From Octopus sinensis (lineage: Eukaryota): DNA of 64,000 bases. Below, in pieces: positions 12,301-47,924 of this stretch. The notes under the pieces were generated by a model. That model did not search any database. It was not told where the DNA came from and saw only the letters and a program-made list of their open reading frames with translations. The translations under genes and the position numbers were made by a program. The DNA is taken from positions 6,448,001-6,512,000 of the forward strand of contig NC_042999.1 in assembly GCF_006345805.1 (NCBI RefSeq), written 5' to 3'. Positions within the stretch are counted from its first letter, which is position 1, and each line of letters opens with the position of its first letter.

Positions 12301-13391
12301 CAGAGGAATGTCAAATGGAGACGAATAATAATTGCAACTTTGAACATACAGAGGTACCGGTCATTGATATGATGCACAATTATAGCCTTCCGAGTGGAAT
12401 CGACGATGCTGGGACGATAATTCAGGATTTAAGGAGACAACTTGACCAAGCAAAAATCGACAGTTTTCGATTTTCCTTAGAACGGTACAGTGCCGATGAT
12501 GCTTTAGTGGAACATTACACTGGCTTTGATTCTTATGGAATTTTAACCAAATTCTTTCATACTCTTGAAGAGTGGGAACATGCTTCGATTATGCGGTCCA
12601 AGATTCGTGTGAGTAGCAGAACTACCGAGGGGTTGCAGCCGGTCAGCTGTGAGAAGGGGCTTCAACTCATTGACCAACTAGTTTTGTACCAAATGTATAT
12701 ATATCGAGGACTGTCCGTCATGGATTTAGCAGCAAGATTTCTGGTGCCGGTTGATACCGTTTGGGACATAATTATTACCTGGGCAGATATTTTGTTCTTT
12801 TTTCTTGGTGTTATGACAGTTTGGCCGTCGAAAGAAGAAGTGAGAGAAAGTCTGTTGCCGAGTAGCCTGAATGGTTTCAAACTAAGTGACGCTCGAGTTT
12901 GTCTTGAATGTGTGGAATTAAGATCAGAAACATCTGCGTCCCATGTTTTGAAAAGTCTGCCATATAAAGAATATAAATCAACTTACACTCACAAGGGTCT
13001 CATAGCTATTATCCCAAATGGCACCGTGATATTTGTCTCTCCTCTTATGTCTCATTCTCTGTCTGACCAAGATTTAACGATAAAATCTGGCGTTTTAGAT
13101 CTCTGTGAAAAAGGTGACGCTATAGTTGTGGACAGTGATTTTAAGATAAACAAATTGTGTTCCGAGCGTGGAATCAAAGTGTACCATTCCGATTATAAAC
13201 TGTGGGAAACATCAGAAATAACAGAAGATATGACAGTCTTCTGGTCACCCATCAAAAATGTGATGAGAAAGATCCTTGAAAATCAACTTTTTCTCTGTGT
13301 TCCATCGAATATCAAAGAAACGGTCTCACAAATGTGGGCCGTTGCTTGTCTGCTTTGCAATTTCCAAATACAACAACCGAAAACAACGTAA
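9324..13391 (+). CDS. THAP domain / HTH / Harbinger-ISL2EU-like DDE-fold protein, probable domesticated transposase, 2 exons, 550 aa
   Basis: join(9324-9715,12131-13391), AA|gtaag...ttttcag|A, 1653 nt in frame. The intron splits the THAP C2CH motif (CCVPMC...FHTFP...W...LVCSEHF). Downstream HTH_Tnp_4-like DQLVLYQMYIYRGLSVMDLAARFLV and DDE_Tnp_4-like YKEYKSTYTHKGLIAIIPNGTVIFVS...SD...SGVLDLCEKGDAIVVDSDF...VACLLCNFQ. No stops or frameshifts. Confidence 0.9.
10765..11168 (-). mobile_element. SINE family B, dimeric copy, in the THAP gene intron
   Basis: Reverse complement of the family B core, twice. Confidence 0.8.
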
Positions 13392-13520
13392 CAATTGCTA
13401 ATTAAACTGTTAATTACATTTGGAATTTTAATGAATTATTTTTATTTTATAACAAAATATTAAAAAAAAATCACTCATTATTTCTTCGTTTAATGTTGGG
13501 TCTTTTATTGTGGAATTGTG

Positions 13521-13838
13521 AAGGTGCATGGCTCAGTGGTTAGAGTGTTGGCTTATGAGCTCAAATCCCGGACCGGGCTGTGTGTTGTGTTCTTGAGCAA
13601 GACACTCTATTTCACATTGCTCCAGTTCACTCAGCTGTAGAAATGAGTTGTGATGCAACTGGTGCCAAGCTGTATCAGCCTTTGCCTTTCCCTTGGATAA
13701 CAATGATGGCGTGTAGAGGGGAGGTTGACATGCATGGGCGACTGCTGATCTTCCATAACCTTGCCTGGACTTGTGCCTGGGAGGGTAACTTTCTAGGTGC
13801 AATCCCATGGTCAGTCATGACCAAAGGGGGTCTCAGAT
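13521..13838 (+). mobile_element. tRNA-headed SINE family D
   Basis: GCATGGCTCAGTGGTTAGAG head, TTGAGCAAGACAC core; matches 51080-51422 and 63221-63622. Confidence 0.8.
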
Positions 13839-14079
13839 TATTGTGGAATTGGCAATAACTAGCTTTTAGTGTTATTCTTCGTATTTGTAGAGAAGCAAAC
13901 TAGGTTGGAGGTTAAGATATGGTCATGGGTTCAATTCTTACTATAGTCAGAATAAGGTACAAACAAATTATATTGTGGTTCAGGGATCATTTGGGAAAAG
14001 GGTTTCCAGTTATGATTTTGCTCCAATGAAATACTTTCTTCCAACCGTACCGCCTGATTGGTACTTGTGTCAGTGGAAT

Positions 14080-14487
14080 GATAGAAGCACTTCCGAGTGT
14101 GATCGTTGCCAGGGCCACGGATTGGCTCCCGTACTGGTGGCATGTGAAAAGCACCATTCGAGTGTAATTGTTGCCTTACCGGCACATGAAAAACAACATT
14201 TGAGCGTGGTCGTTGCCAGTGCCGCCGGACTGGCTCCCATGCAGGTAGCACGTAAAAAGCACCTTTTGAGCATAGTCGTTGCCAGAACTGCTTGACTGGC
14301 CCTCATGCTGGTGGCATGTAAAAGCACCCACTACACTCTCGGAGTGTTTGGCATTAGGAAGGGCATCCAGCTGTAGAAACTTTGCTAGATCAGACTGAGC
14401 ATGGTGCAGTCTCTGGCTCATCAGTCCTCAGTCAAACCATCCAACCCATGCCAGCATGGAAAGCGGACGTTAAACGATGATGATGAA
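14080..14487 (+). mobile_element. Family A RTE-related 3'-end repeat
   Basis: Tandem subunits + core + (GAT)n tail. Confidence 0.8.
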
Positions 14488-14910
14488 GGTTAGTTTGGAA
14501 AAAAAAGTCAACTGTGAATGCCACCTCCTTTTCTAAGATTTGATCCAAACCCATTTCATTCTCACTTGGGATGCATCATTTAGGAATTCATCTAAATATT
14601 TCAATTTATTGACCAATATGTAACCACTTTTCCAATTCATTTGCATCTGGTCCTTGGGGTTCCTTTAGCAGAATTCCTCTATTGCAAAGACTCAGAGCAA
14701 ACATTATGTCCCTTCCACCTCTGTTTTTATTTACAAACACTTGTGCTGAGCATCGATCAAGGAATACCTGAAAGGAGTCACAGGCACTGCCATTACTAAT
14801 TTGAAAAATAAAATACAATTGATACCTTTAACTCCAATTTATTAAATTATATCTAAATCTTTTCATTTTGAAAGATTATCTGCCATACATTGTCAAAGTT
14901 CTCTCAGAAT

Positions 14911-15296
14911 ACAGTTCTATATTTATGAGATGAGGAATTATGTACATTGTTTACATTTGACGGATATTTGTCCTCATCGCCTCCCCTGGCACCTGTACTA
15001 GTGGCGCATAAAAAGCATCCACTACACACATGGAGTGGTTGGCGTTAAAAACACTGCCTGATCAGATTGGAGCCTGGTGCTGCCTCCTGGCTTCACAGAC
15101 CCCAGTCAAACCGTCCAACCCATGCTAGCATGGAAAGCGGACGTTAAACGATAATGATGATCTTGTTTCGGCTGATATACCCGCCAGCCTTCATCAGGTG
15201 TCTGAGGAAAATTCGAACCTGGGTTCTCATTTCTAAGGTATCTTTCGATGTTATTATTATTATTCAGGTCACTGCCTGGAATCGAACTTGGAATCT
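14911..15296 (-). mobile_element. SINE family E copy 2 (intact CTGATGA/GAAA core), interrupted by a family A insertion at about 14979-15160
   Basis: B box GTTCGATTCC (15287-15278); ACAC-CTGATGA-AGGCTG GCGGGTATAT CAGCC-GAAAC (15201-15165); 3' tail resumes at 14978-14911. Confidence 0.75.
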
Positions 15297-17051
15297 GCTG
15301 CTGTCACTAAAACATTCAGTTTATGCTAAAATTCTTAAAGTTTCAACATCAATTGGTTGTTTGATTAACCTAACACAGCAGCACTTGATAATTACTTTAA
15401 TAATGACTCAAGCTTATTGATTTTATTGGGTCAACATAATTAAATGAATCAGCCTAATCATTTATCTGGGATTTATTTTATTGATCCTGAAGGAATATAA
15501 ACTAGATTTTGATGGCTTTTGGATTAAGGATCCAACTTCTACGGATTCTGACAACAAATCCACAGCTAGTTCTTCAATCTAACCAATTCTTACTGGTTCA
15601 ACTTGTAGTAATTAAGTTCCACTTTTATTTTTTATTTGACCATCCATCATCATTTTACATCCGTCTTCCATGCTGTCATAAGTTGGACATGGTGGGCAAG
15701 GCTGGAAGATTGTATTAAGTTCCAGGCATCTGTTTTGGCATGGTTTTTGTAGTTGGGTGCCAGTGCTAATACCAACCACTTCACAGAATGTACCTGGTGC
15801 TTTTTATGCACCACCAGTATGGGCACTCACTGACATTGTGTCAAAGTGGACGTGGAGCCTTACGAAGGAGATGACAAAGGACTGAAGTATTTGGTGCACT
15901 CAAGACAATCTGTTGTGCCCACCACAACAGAATCGATGTCCTAAAACCACCTTGGTAATGCTTGTCCATGAAGGGCACTGGTCAGGTTGCTACGTAAAAT
16001 GTATACGGCTGTAGAAACAAAGGACTGAAACAGACTATGGAACCTTGGTCGGCTCTTGCCCCTGCTAAGTCCCTATCAAACTATCCAACCCATGCCAGCA
16101 TGAAAAATGGACATTAAATGATGATGAAGACTTTCCCCATGAGTCCACTTTGACATCAGGACTGAACCACTAAAGCCATCATGAATTATTATTTTCGGAC
16201 TAAAGGTGGCAGAATCATTAGCATGGGTGAAGCGCTAAGTGGTATTTCGTCAGCTGCGGCGCTCTGAGTTCAATTCCGCCGAGGTCGAATTTGCCTTTCG
16301 ATAAATTAAGTACCAGTGAAACACTGGGGTCGATGTAATCGACTAGTCCCCTCCCCTCAAATTTCAAGTTCTCAGTAGAAAGGATTATTTTAGGACTAGT
16401 GACAAGAGTTCGCAGTCTGGGTAAAGGGACATAACTCTGCACGTTAAGCAAATAATGAAATTGCACTGGGTCAAAGGTGAGTGAACAGTGTAAAACGTAT
16501 CCAGTTGTTAAAATAATTTATATCTTCTACATTGAAGCCCGATAGGATTGGGTAATCAGTTGTGCTGCTGCAAGATATGGAGATGAATCACTACTGTGTT
16601 GCAAAGAAAAACTTAATCAATCGTAAATAGGCGGCGAGATGGCAGAAACGTTAGCATGCCGGGCGAAATTCTTTATGATATTTCGTCTGCCGCTGTGTTC
16701 TGAGTTCAAATTCTGCCGAGGTCGACTTTGCATTTCATCCTTTTGGGGTCGATAAATTAAGTACCAGTTACGCACTGGAGTCGATGTAATCGACTGAATC
16801 CATCTGTCTGTCCCCTCTATGTTTAGCCCCTTGTGGGCAATAAAGAAATAAGAATTATCTCAGTGGAATGATCAACAACCTGATTTAAATAATGGTATGC
16901 AGTGGCACATAAAAGTACCCATTACACTCTATAAATTGGTTGGTGTTGGGAAGGGCATCCAGATGTAGAAAACCAGGCCAAATCAGATTGGAGTCTGGTG
17001 CAGCCTTCCAGCCCTAGTCAAACCGTCCAACCCATGGACAACAGATGTTAA

Positions 17052-17258
17052 CTCTTTCGTTACCAACCCGACTCTGGCTCTGAGTACAAATGTCATTATT
17101 TCATAAATTCTGAATCAAAATCTTCCACCAAACCCTAGTCACAATTTATGTTCCTAACATTAGCTTAATGATAACCAAGTTATTTTACTAAACTCTTTGT
17201 TATATTTATAATTAATTGAAAGAAACACAGAGCATCTCAAAATACAGTAACGAAAGGG
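17052..17258. mobile_element. piggyBac-type MITE
   Basis: TTAA|CTCTTTCGTTAC ... GTAACGAAAGGG|TTAA; same TIR family as 36354-37396. Confidence 0.85.
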
Positions 17259-17828
17259 TTAAATGATGCAGTTGACTATGAAGGGAACGTCTCAGAGGGT
17301 CTAGTGGGTGCTTTTTACATGCCACTGGCACGAGGGCCAGTCAGGCGGTACTGGCAACGGCCACGCCCAAATGGTGATTTTTTTTTACATGTCACCTGCA
17401 CAAGTGCCAGTAAGGCGAAGCTTGAATAGTGCTTTTTACGTGCCACCGGCACGAACGCCAGTTTGCCGCCGTGATGGCGCTCTTAGAGCTTCACTAGCAC
17501 GGATGCCAGGCATCGAATTTGATTTCACTTGCTTCAACAGGTCTTCCCATTTTGTGTCACGATGAACCTCCCAGAGAACTACGCTAGTGACATGCATGTC
17601 TGTGGAGTGCTCAGCCACTTTCACGTTAATTTCATGAGCAGGCTGTTATATTGATTGGATCAACTGGAACCCTCGTCGTCGTAACCGACGGACTGCCATT
17701 ATTATTATTATTATAACAACTTGATAAGTGTCAGTCAGAACTTTAAATTTAAGAAAATTCCCTCAACAATTAAAAACTTGGAAATAAACGGATAAGAAAG
17801 GAGAAGCTTGGAGATCAAATAAAGAGAC

Positions 17829-17834
17829 TTTATT
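17829..17834 (-). terminator. Candidate MCM5 polyadenylation signal AATAAA (another at 17919-17924)
   Basis: TTTATT on plus = AATAAA on minus, about 140 nt after the stop codon. Confidence 0.5.
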
Positions 17835-17970
17835 AAGACACAATTATTAAATTTAGCTTTACAAATATACAAAATAGTTTTTGGGGATAACAATGCAATT
17901 TTATAAAAAAAAAAAAGATTTATTGGGATATTTGCCCTTCTATCTACAACCTTCAGTTTGTGGCAAAGAA

Positions 17971-42552
<24,582 letters not shown>

Positions 42553-42612
42553 TTTCCCGAACAAATTTAGTTACAGCTGAAGACAAACAACGAGATTTTA
42601 GAAGCGGATAAG

Positions 42613-42635
42613 TTGGCGGGAGATATTTCGCGCGC
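42613..42635. promoter_or_regulatory. Paired E2F-type motifs just upstream of the MCM5 start
   Basis: TTGGCGGGAGA (42613-42623) and TTTCGCGC (42626-42633) in a small CpG-rich patch in AT-rich DNA; MCM genes are known E2F targets. Confidence 0.6.
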
Positions 42636-43142
42636 TTTTTCTATCATTCTTACAAAAGTTATAGTAGGAAAAGACGAAACGAAACAAAGGATTTAATTTT
42701 GTTTGTAAAGAAAATAGAAAACAGAAATTATAATTTTAGAAATAGACTTTAAACAGAAAAAAGATATCTTTTTAGAATAATAAAAATAGGATTTAGTGCA
42801 AATTTTTTGTGCTTTAAGTATTTTTCGTAATTTGCTTTATATAAATCAAGTCGTTGAAGTACACAGGAGTAGTTTTATAGTAATTTAAAAGTTAAAACAA
42901 TGAATGTAAGACAGCCGTAAGAACGAATAAATGTGGGAAATATTTATTGAGCTATATATTTAATTATGTATAGGAGGAAATCAAACGGCAAAAAGGCAAC
43001 GGTGGAGTGATGTAACTCTCAGTCAAAACTGTTTTAATTTAAATTAAAGTACATTCTGAGATTTTACACCTAGTTGTGTATCTCTGAACTCCAGTGCATG
43101 ATCAGAATCTAATTCATCTTGCTATAAAAAACGGTAAGAAAG

Positions 43143-43520
43143 GTGGCGAGCTGGCAGAATCGTTAGCACGTCGGGTGAAATGCTTAGCGTTATTTCGTCT
43201 GCCGTTACGTTCTGATTTCAAATTCCGCCGAGGTCGACTTTGCCGTTCATCCTTTCGGGGTCGATAAATTAAGTACCAGTTACGCACTGGGGTCGATGTA
43301 ATAGACTTAATACCTATGTCTGTCCCTGTTTGTCCACTCTATGTTTAGCCCCTTGTGGGTAATAAAGAAATAGGTATTTCGTCTGCTGTTACGTTCTGAG
43401 TTCAAATTTCGTCGAGGTCGACTTAGCATGTCAACCTTTCGGGAGTCGATAAATTAAGTACCAGTTGCGTACTGAGATCGATCTAATCGACTGTCTCCCC
43501 ACTCCCAAATTTCAAGCCTT
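43143..43520 (+). mobile_element. SINE family B, dimeric copy
   Basis: Head + core twice. Confidence 0.85.
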
Positions 43521-43813
43521 GTGCCTAGAATAGAAAGGATAAATAACGGTACGAATTTTAGCTAGGTCTTGTTATTTAGTTAAATTTGTTGTTAATTATT
43601 AAAACTTTATGTCGTCTTGAATATATTTTGGGAAACTAGTTTTCGACTGTCTTTGCTTCTTTAGAGACTTCTTCACTTCTAAAGAGACTTCTCCAAGTTT
43701 TTACAAAAAAATTAATACAAGAACTCTTTTGCAACATTTTGGTTTCCAGAATTTATTGATATTGGAGTGTGTATGTGTGCGCGCGCGCGTATATATATAT
43801 AAATATATACACA

Positions 43814-44565
43814 CAGAGTGGGCCGTAATGATGGGACACATTCTAAATGCTACTCTCTTGGATTATAAAAATTATAGAGTACCGAATATATTTATTACAT
43901 AACTGATATTTAGGGGTTCAACATGTTATCTAAGTTTTTACTATTTTTTGCAGGTGGTTGGTGTTGGTGACCCTCATGATGTTGTGGACACCAAAAGAAA
44001 TTGCAAACGTGCTTGAAGCATACTTCACTAGCCAAAGATCCATCGTTTCAGTACAAAGAAAATCTGACAGCATTTTGGAAAGTGAGAGGCATCATCCTGA
44101 AAGGTGATCCTGTGTGCTGTTACAAACCTCTGTGAGACAGGCAGAGTGCAGTGATTTTTTTTAGGACAAACATGGAGCAATGACATTTTTGAGGACAAAC
44201 ATGGAGCAATGATTTTTTTTTAGGACAAACATGGAGCAATGACTTTTTGAGGACAAACATGGTGCAGCTGTTTCAGCAACTGCTGAGTGCAACAAACATA
44301 TGCTGAAGGCCTTCTTTCCTGAGTTACAAAGGCTTGCCCTGACACAGATGTGGATGCAACAAGATGGTGCCACGAGTCATGCAGCGTGACTGTCAATGAC
44401 AACTCTTCGAGAACAATTTCCTGAGAACATCTCATTTCGAGATTTGGTAATATCCACTGGACATCCAGATCACTGGATCTAACTCCAGTGGACTACTTTC
44501 TGTGGGGTTACCTCAAGGATAGGGTATATGTAAGAAGGCCCCACACAGTAGTGGAACTAATATAA
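43814..44565 (+). mobile_element. Tc1/mariner transposase relic (DUF4817-type HTH + DDD/E fragments)
   Basis: CAGAGTGGGCC start. Broken frames give LEAYFTSQRSIVSVQRK, WMQQDGATSHA and SPDLTPVDYFLWGYLKDRVY-like motifs. Confidence 0.75.
44153..44268 (+). repeat. Minisatellite, 4 x about 29 bp (TTTTTAGGACAAACATGGAGCAATGA)
   Basis: Seen directly inside the mariner relic. Confidence 0.9.
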
Positions 44566-45358
44566 AGCATGCCTACAAAGTCAGAAAACAGCACAGCCCC
44601 CATGACTTTTAGAAACATTTTTTCACTCTCAGAGTTGCTGAACCATGGAACAAACTACCTGCATCAGTTGCTAGTTGCATCCTTTAAAACTTCCATGCTT
44701 CCTGAAATTCGCCAACACTACACCTGATATCCCCCCACCTCCATACACATGCACACATGTATATCATGACTCCTCATACATTGTTCACTTTCATGACTTT
44801 TCTACATAATTCTATGTACTCTGTAATTCTATGCACCTTTGATGAATTGTAGTACACCTGAGCACTCTACACAATAATTTCAACATAAATCCCATCCACT
44901 GCTCAGGATTGCACCTAAGGACTCATGCTCTTGTTTCTACAACATTGGAAAGTTGAACTATGAACTTTTAAATTTCTTTCTTCTTTCTCTCCATCTCCTT
45001 ATTCTTTTAGCCCCTTCCTCTATGTCGTCATCCCATTAATATATACCTTTCTCATTTTCCCTATTTTCCCCCATTTGTCTCTGATGATGGAATATCCCAT
45101 ACTCGGGGATATCCCAGAAATGGGTATAAGCCTTTGAATTTTTTCCAATAATAATAACGTATATGGCTTGAGATGTTTGCCTTGCCTTAATGTTTGTTGT
45201 CCTCTCTAACAATTATATATCCGCTCTATCGGAAATCTGCAATGACTCCTTAACTACCGTCTCGGCTATAACCTTGCAGCCCCAGTAATCTGTTATAGCA
45301 CTTATCTAGCATACCTAATTGTTTAGATCACTTGTGAACTACACCCCCATACTTTGTG

Positions 45359-45411
<53 letters not shown>

Positions 45412-45714
45412 ATATGTGTGTGTGTATATGTATATATATCATCATCATCATCATCATCGTTTAACGTCCGCTTTCCATGCTGGCATGAGTTGGACGGTTC
45501 AACTGGGGTCTGGCAAGCCCGAAGGCTGCACCAGGCCAGTCAGATCTGGTAGTGTTTCTACAGCTGGATGCCCTTCCTAACGCCAACCACTCCGAGAGTG
45601 TAGTGGGTGATTTTATGTGCCACCGACACAGGTGCCAGATGAGGCTGGCAGACGGCCACGCTCGGATGGTGTTTTCTTATGTGCCACATGTTGCTCAAAA
45701 TATCTGGTAGTGTC

Positions 45715-46440
45715 AGCTATAGCCGAGTCACCCGTATAGTTAATCAGGTGATACATGAAGGAGCCATACCCAATGACTGGTGTAGCAGCACTATAGTCAA
45801 CTGCTACAAAGGTAAAGGTGACACTTTAGATACAAATAATTACAGAGGTATCAAGTTGTTGGATCAGGTAATGAAGGTCACGGAGAGGGTCAGTCTAAAT
45901 GAGATACAGTTTGGGTTCATGCAAGGGAAAAGCACTGCTGATGCTATATTCCTGGCAAGACAGCTGCAGGAGAAATACCTGGCCAAAGATAAACCTCTGT
46001 ACCTGGCTTTCGTTGACATGGAGAAAGCTTTTGACTGGGTCCCCCGATCCCTTATCTTGTGTCAATGAGGAAACTAGGAATAGATGAATGGTTAGTGAGA
46101 GCTGTGCAAGCCATGTACAGGGATGCTGTCAGTAAGGTGAAGGTTGGCAACAGGTACAGTGAAGAATTCCGAGTAGGAGTCCACCAAGGATCAGTCCTCA
46201 GCTCCCTTTTATTCATCATAGCTCTCCAGGCAATAACAGAGGAATTCAAGACAGGATGCCTCTGGGAGCTCCTCCATGCTGATGACCTTGCTCTAATTGT
46301 TGAGTCACTATCAGAACTAGAGGAAAAATTTCAGGTGTCGAAGCAAAGATTAGAATCAAAGGGCCTTAGTGTCAACTTAGCTAAAACCAAAGTCTTAATA
46401 AGTAGGAAGGCAGACAAACCACAAATCCTTTCAGGGTGCA
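45715..46440 (+). mobile_element. RTE-clade reverse transcriptase fragment, decayed
   Basis: NYRGIKLL, QFGFMQGKST.DAIF, FVDMEKAFD, GVHQGSVLS, LHADD (YADD box) in ORFs 45679-46068 and 46059-46526. Confidence 0.92.
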
Positions 46441-47378
46441 GCAGAAGTAAAGCCCTTTTTTTATTTGTATTTTTTATAATTTTCTGTTGCATAAATTTCT
46501 TTTTTTTTATATTTTATATGATATGATTTTATAATGAATCTTTTTTCTCTCTTTATTTCAGGAATTTTAGATAAATATGGCCATAGAATAAAATTTCAAA
46601 TGTGGAAGGAAATCCCTGGATTTGGAAACCTTGAAGTAAATTTAGTAAAGTCAAAGGTTTTAGTTGGCAAGAAAAATGGCAAGATTCAGCTACCATCTGG
46701 GAAGGGATCATGTTTGATATGCAAAAAGGGAGTTGGTAGGAATTAGATTTGGTGCCTCCAATTACTGATGTACAAACAGTATTTATTTTGTAGTTGGGGA
46801 CCCCGTGCCAGTAGCAAATAAAAAGCACCATCTGAATGTGGCTGATGCCAGTGCCACCTTGGCTGGTGGCACATAAAAGGCACCATCTGATCGTGGTTGA
46901 TGCTAGCTCCTCTGGTCCCTTGTGCTGGTGGCACGTAAAAAGCACCCACCCACTACACTTACGGAGTGGTTGGCATTAAGAAGGGCATCCTGCTGTAGAA
47001 ACACAGCCAGATCAGTTTGCAGCCTGGTGCAGCCTCCTGGCTTCCCAGACTCCGGTCAAACCGTCCAACCCATTCCAGCATGAAAAATGGACATTAAGCG
47101 ATAATGATGATAATGTTGAGTTTATTCAGAAGTTTGAAAAGAATAATAAATGAAAGCTGAAATTATAAAAAAATTAGTGGCAACGATGTCTGTACAAAAA
47201 AAAAAATAAAAAGACTATGTTAGTGTTTGTTTGAAACAAGTCAATGTGTATTAAAACAATATCTTTTACCTACCTCCTAAAATTCCTGGATATATATATA
47301 GATCCCAGGAAGTATAAGCCCAAAGCTCCAAAGCAGTTTTGAAATTGAGTCAAGGGTTTCCAGTTTCCTTTAGCAATT

Positions 47379-47390
47379 TTTCGCGCCAAA
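47379..47390. promoter_or_regulatory. Distal double E2F site TTTCGCGCCAAA
   Basis: Matches the overlapping inverted E2F element known from the mammalian DHFR promoter; about 105 nt 5' (minus strand) of a GAG|GTAGGT donor at 47274. Confidence 0.45.
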
Positions 47391-47451
47391 ATTTTAAATG
47401 GGTAACAAGTACTCTTCGATTTCGTGTAGAGAGAGAGGTGGGTAGAGAGTG

Positions 47452-47694
47452 GGTACTACTTGAGAACAGTGGTCCCGGTGCACGCACTCGCATATCCGCG
47501 CTAGCTAGTCGTGACTAGTCGATCCTTACTTTGTGTTTTTGTGTTTTATTTACTTTGGTTAACAAAAATTATTTATTTTGTGTTTTATTTACTTTGCTTG
47601 GTAGTCGTTGTAGGATCGACTAGTCACGACTGGCTTGCGCGGATGTGTGAGTATGCAAGTGCGTGCACCGGGACCACTCTACTCAAGTAGTACC
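47452..47694. mobile_element. Palindromic MITE, about 75-83-bp TIRs starting GGTACTAC, putative 8-9-bp TSD (Merlin-like)
   Basis: Arms 47452-47526 / 47612-47694; flanks TAGAGAGTG / GAGATAGTG (7 of 9). Confidence 0.8.
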
Positions 47695-47924
47695 GAGATA
47701 GTGAGTGAGTAAAGGTGTATTTTGTTATTTATATGTGTTTTTTGTTGGGGGGGGGGTACAATATAAATTTTGAAATGCAGATTTTTTGGCAGATTCGGAA
47801 TCTCTGCCCTCGATATAGTGTGTTCATATAAAAATGAAACCCCAAAAATACCCCAAAGGGGGTGCAGTCCATGATCTTTACTTCTGCCGATTTGTACATG
47901 CCCCGGTGACCGACCTATGAAATT

